This document shows, piece after piece, positions 45,297-48,880 of a stretch of DNA of 48,880 bases. The notes under the pieces are model-generated. The model saw only the letters and a list, made by a program, of their open reading frames with translations. It had not been told where the DNA came from and ran no database searches. The stretch comes from an uncultured virus (IMG/VR IMGVR_UViG_3300050503_000206) (taxonomy: Duplodnaviria > Heunggongvirae > Uroviricota > Caudoviricetes), in IMG/VR virus record IMGVR_UViG_3300050503_000206; one strand, written 5' to 3'. Numbering within the stretch: the first letter of the stretch is position 1; each line of letters starts with the position of its first letter. The translations under genes were made by a program, and so were the position numbers.

Positions 45297-45725
45297 ATGA
45301 AGAGACGCAGACGACGCAACCTCTCTCGTAACCAGAAGCTCGGGATCATCCTGCTCGCCGTGGCGTCCGTCGGCGGCGCGACGGCAGTGACGATCGGGCT
45401 GCGGCGCCGCAAGAAAGGCGAGCTCCCGCAAGGCGGTGACACGCAAGGTGTGCCAGGGCTGCCCAACCCGCTCAACCGCGCGAAGCGTCGGCTCTGTATC
45501 AACCCGAACGCGCTCACCGCCGAGCAGAGAAATCTCCTGCAGCAGCAGGTGTTCTTTCCGCTGATCGCGGCGCAGGCGAATCCGGAAGCAGTCGGTACCG
45601 CCGAGGTCGTCGCGGCCCAGGTGCTCGCGCAGCTCTGCCCAGCGCCACGTCGGCCTGGCGTCGTCGACGTCGTCAACCAACTCGCGCAGCAGTCGTGGCA
45701 GACCTTCGTGGGGTTCGCGGGCTGA
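45297..45725 (+). CDS. Arg-leader membrane protein with NP motifs
   Basis: MKRRRRRNLSRNQK then TM and RRRKK; LPNP, CINP, QANP. Confidence 0.75.
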   Translation: MKRRRRRNLSRNQKLGIILLAVASVGGATAVTIGLRRRKKGELPQGGDTQGVPGLPNPLNRAKRRLCINPNALTAEQRNLLQQQVFFPLIAAQANPEAVGTAEVVAAQVLAQLCPAPRRPGVVDVVNQLAQQSWQTFVGFAG

Positions 45726-46657
45726 TGCCCCTGTCGCCCCAAGCCCTGCTCGATCTGCTCACCGGTTGGTGGACGGCCGTCCAACCCGAGCACGACGAGG
45801 CGCGGGTCCAGATCCCGAGAAACGAGCCGCTCGAGGATGTGGAGCCGACGCCTGTTCCGCGAGAAGCGATCCGCTGCAGCACATGGGCAGGGGCCGCCAC
45901 CATGGCGAGTCCTTCCACCATCCGACGCGATGTCGCACTCGCACGGAAGCTCGGTCTGACGCGACTCGACGTCATCATCAACGATCACAGCAAGTCCAAG
46001 AAGCCGCGCGACTACGACACGTACCCGCGCACGAAGATCGTCGCGCTGCTGAAAGCGGCAGCCGACGCAGGACTGGAGACCCACGTGACGTCGTGGGTGA
46101 TGCCTCACGAATCGTATTTGCGGCGCATGGGTCTGGAGCTGAACGAGATCGCCGACGCGGCACCGGTGACGAGCTTCGTGCTCGACGCCGAAGAACCTTG
46201 GACGCTCGCCGCCTCTCCACTGCCGTGGACCAGAGCGGCCGATCTCGTCGTGGAGGTGATGGGAGAGAGACGCTGGGGCGTCACAGGGATCGGCTACACG
46301 TCCGCGACCAAGCTCGGACCGCTCGTGAAGCGTGGCGCCTTCATGGTGCCGCAGTGCTACGCGACCCGTGACACCACGCTGCGTCCGGCTCAGGTCGCGC
46401 CCGTGCTCTGCAAACGGTGGCGGGCGATCTTCGGCGAGCGCCCGCTCGTCGTCGGACTCGCCGCCTACAACCAGAACGGAATCGCAGGCCACACCGTCGA
46501 GTCGGCGATCCGCGCTGCCTTCCAAGGTGCGCAGACGCAGAACCCGATGGCGATCACGTGGTGGTCGATGTCGGCGATCCGGAACTCGAGCGCCGTGCAG
46601 AAGGCGATTGCATCCGTCACAGCCCTCGTCAACGTCGAGCACGGTCCGGTGGCGTAG
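45725..46657 (+). CDS. TIM-barrel glycoside hydrolase-like protein
   Basis: Alternating alpha/beta pattern; AAADAGLETHVTSW, FVLDAEE (DxE), VPQCY, AITWWS. Confidence 0.5.
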   Translation: MPLSPQALLDLLTGWWTAVQPEHDEARVQIPRNEPLEDVEPTPVPREAIRCSTWAGAATMASPSTIRRDVALARKLGLTRLDVIINDHSKSKKPRDYDTYPRTKIVALLKAAADAGLETHVTSWVMPHESYLRRMGLELNEIADAAPVTSFVLDAEEPWTLAASPLPWTRAADLVVEVMGERRWGVTGIGYTSATKLGPLVKRGAFMVPQCYATRDTTLRPAQVAPVLCKRWRAIFGERPLVVGLAAYNQNGIAGHTVESAIRAAFQGAQTQNPMAITWWSMSAIRNSSAVQKAIASVTALVNVEHGPVA

Positions 46658-46666
46658 GAGACGATC

Positions 46667-48496
46667 ATGCCGAGTTACGATCCCGACAAGACGTACATCA
46701 TCGAAGTCCTCGACGCGTACCGTCTTCGCCTCCGCTTCCTGTCGGAGACAGCGAGCGCCGGGATCCTCGGCGGCGCGTTTCTCGGCTCTCCCGAGGGTGT
46801 CGAGATCGGCTGGCACGCCGGCGATTTTCGCTTCACCGACATCGGCCTCTTCCAGTTCTTCGGCGAGCCAGGCACGCCCGATGGATGGGTGGCCGTTGGT
46901 GGATCGGCCCTCGGGCCCGCTGTCGCGCAGCTGCAGCTCGACGTCGCCGTCCTGCAGGCGCAGGTCGTCGCGCTTCAAGGCGATGTCGGCACGCTGCAGG
47001 CGGATGTCGCCGTGCTGCAAGCGCAGGTGGGCGTGTTGCAGGCGCAGGTCGCAGCGCTGCAAGCCGAGGCGTACATCACTTGGCAGAACTCGCCCGGGTT
47101 GTCGAACGATCGCGTCGCGACGACGTCGGCCACTGTCGCCGTCAACGTGGCGGCGGCGACAGTCACGTTCGACGTGCCCGCCAACGCGATCACGAACACC
47201 GAGCTCGCCGACATGGCGGCGAACACGATCAAGGGCAACGACACCGCTGGCGTCGCGAGTCCGACCGACATCGCGGTGGGCGCGAACACGGTGCTCGGTC
47301 GCGCCGGGGGCAACATCGTCGCGGCGCAGCTCGTGACGGGTCAGGTCGGCAACGACCAGATCGACAACACCAAGCTCGCCAACATGCCGGCGCTCTCGGT
47401 CAAGGCGAACGCCACCAACGCAGTTGCGGATCCTACAGATGTAGTCGCGGCTTCCGACAACACGTTCTTCGGTCGATCAGGGACAGCGCTTTCGTTCATC
47501 GCGATCGCGGCAACTACGACGCAGCTCTTCACCATTTCGGGAAACTTCGATACCGCTGCCGCCATCGCAGCCGGGTACAACTTCTGTCAGGTCATTGCGA
47601 TTGGCCCCGGTGGTGGCGGCGCGGGCGGAGCAGCGGGAAGCGCCAACGTGTGCGTCGGCGGTCGCGGTGGTGGCGGTGGTGCGTACTCGGTCAGTCCGAT
47701 CTGGCCGCTCGCTTCGCTGCCGTCTCCAGTTGCCGTCACGATCGGTACGGGTGGGACCGGTGGTGCAGGAGGCACCAACAACGCAGGCGCTGTAGGAGGA
47801 TCTCCTGGCAATGCAGGATCCGGACCTACGACCTTCGGTACGCTCCTATCTGCCTTCCAAGGCGGAGGAGGAGCTGGATCGATCGGAACGCCGGGGAACG
47901 CCGGTAGCGGCGGCGGAGGCGGTGGATCCGGTTCGGCCGGTGCTGACGGAGCTCCTACCACCGTCGCAGGTGGAGCGCCCGGCATCGGTGGAGCAACCGG
48001 CGTCTCAGGCGGCAACGGATCAGGAAGTGCGAACTCGGCGGTCGCGCCAGGAGGTGCGGAATACGGTGGAGGCGGCGGTGGCGGAACCTCGACGATTGCG
48101 TCTGCCAACGGTGGAAGCTCATTGTACGGAGGCGCAGGCGGAGGCGCAGGCGGAGGACACAGCGCGACTCCGACAGCATGGGCAGCCGGTGCAGGCGGAT
48201 CTCAACACACCACGGTGGCAGGTACGGGTGGTTCGGCGGGTACGAGCGGCGGCGCACCTACTGCAGGTGCGAACGGAACCAACGGCGACTTCGTCAACCC
48301 TGGAACAGCGGGCGGAGGCGGAGGCGGATCCGATGGTGCTGCACCAACGAACGGCGCGAACGGAGGCAACGGCGGCACCTACGGAAACGGAGGCGGTGGT
48401 GGTGGCGCTGGCCGTGGTACCGGCGCAAGTCCAGCAACCGGTGGGACCGGCGGCAACGGAGCCAACGGCGCGCTGTTGGTGATTCTGTTCCGATGA
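46667..48496 (+). CDS. spike/fibre protein: heptad coiled coil, shaft repeats, glycine-rich C-terminal domain
   Basis: V..LQ.(D/Q) heptads at ~46921-47070; two ITN..LA.M.A.(T/S)(I/V)K.N.T..VA.PTD-like repeats; long GGGGG-rich domain ending GANGALLVI; AGGAG RBS. Confidence 0.8.
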   Translation: MPSYDPDKTYIIEVLDAYRLRLRFLSETASAGILGGAFLGSPEGVEIGWHAGDFRFTDIGLFQFFGEPGTPDGWVAVGGSALGPAVAQLQLDVAVLQAQVVALQGDVGTLQADVAVLQAQVGVLQAQVAALQAEAYITWQNSPGLSNDRVATTSATVAVNVAAATVTFDVPANAITNTELADMAANTIKGNDTAGVASPTDIAVGANTVLGRAGGNIVAAQLVTGQVGNDQIDNTKLANMPALSVKANATNAVADPTDVVAASDNTFFGRSGTALSFIAIAATTTQLFTISGNFDTAAAIAAGYNFCQVIAIGPGGGGAGGAAGSANVCVGGRGGGGGAYSVSPIWPLASLPSPVAVTIGTGGTGGAGGTNNAGAVGGSPGNAGSGPTTFGTLLSAFQGGGGAGSIGTPGNAGSGGGGGGSGSAGADGAPTTVAGGAPGIGGATGVSGGNGSGSANSAVAPGGAEYGGGGGGGTSTIASANGGSSLYGGAGGGAGGGHSATPTAWAAGAGGSQHTTVAGTGGSAGTSGGAPTAGANGTNGDFVNPGTAGGGGGGSDGAAPTNGANGGNGGTYGNGGGGGGAGRGTGASPATGGTGGNGANGALLVILFR

Positions 48497-48516
48497 CGCC
48501 GTGATAGCCTCCGCGC

Positions 48517-48753
48517 ATGTACAAGCGCACCGAGTTCATCACCGAGATCCAGCAGTCTGGCACCGATGAGATCAAGCCGCTGTTCTTCACAGCTGATCCG
48601 AGCCCAGCGCGTGCGATGCACATCACTGCGTACATCGAAGGTGCAGAGGACGGTTCACCGGAGAACAAGCGGCTGTTCCGTATCGAGAGCAACTACTCGT
48701 CCGACGGATCGGATTTCAACCAGACTGGATCAGAGAACAGCTCTGACAACGAA
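48517..48753 (+). CDS. hypothetical protein (5' part; truncated by terminal duplication)
   Basis: MYKRTEFITEIQQSG...; sequence after 48753 is a copy of 48396-48522. Confidence 0.5.
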
Positions 48754-48880
48754 GTGGTGGTGGCGCTGGCCGTGGTACCGGCGCAAGTCCAGCAACCGGT
48801 GGGACCGGCGGCAACGGAGCCAACGGCGCGCTGTTGGTGATTCTGTTCCGATGACGCCGTGATAGCCTCCGCGCATGTAC
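48754..48880 (+). repeat. exact 127-bp direct repeat of 48396-48522
   Basis: Identical sequence GTGGTGGTGGCGCTGG...CCGCGCATGTAC at both positions. Confidence 0.95.

Noticed and set aside
48754..48880. Terminal repeat indicating a complete circular genome
   Set aside because: It matches 48396-48522, not the window start, and the gene at position 1 is truncated
1..48880. tRNA, rRNA, integrase, transposase, DNA polymerase
   Set aside because: No supporting motifs recognised by eye; tRNAscan and HMM searches would be needed to exclude them formally
1..48880. High frequency of CTCGAG, TCGA and GATC
   Set aside because: Explained by preferred codons (CTC, GTC, ATC followed by GAG, GAC) in GC-rich coding DNA

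Overview
High-GC window that looks like most of an uncharacterised bacterial dsDNA virus genome; no host housekeeping genes are seen. A central early/replication block (~14.3-41.5 kb) encodes a TOPRIM primase, a DUF927-type helicase with an adjacent iteron/inverted-repeat origin candidate, RecD-like and SF2 helicases, two C5 DNA methyltransferases, several nucleases, a UDG-like protein and many short ORFs. It is flanked by two outward-reading putative virion blocks (minus strand 1-12.4 kb, plus strand 41.5-48.8 kb). I recognise no terminase, portal, HK97 capsid, tail tube/tape measure, integrase or packaging ATPase. Instead, about 20 proteins, many of them small membrane proteins, share an Arg-rich '...RRNP' (Asn-Pro) motif placed before hydrophobic segments or between modules. 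They sit beside a transglutaminase-like Cys-His-Asp protease candidate and beta-rich capsid candidates, which suggests a tailless, membrane-containing virus with an NP-directed processing/sorting system (inference). A second highlight is a C5 methyltransferase whose open frame contains, in an alternative frame, a LAGLIDADG homing endonuclease fused to an M.EcoHK31I-beta-like subunit. The final 127 bp duplicate 48396-48522 and are probably an assembly artefact. All family calls come from motif recognition by eye, not from database searches.
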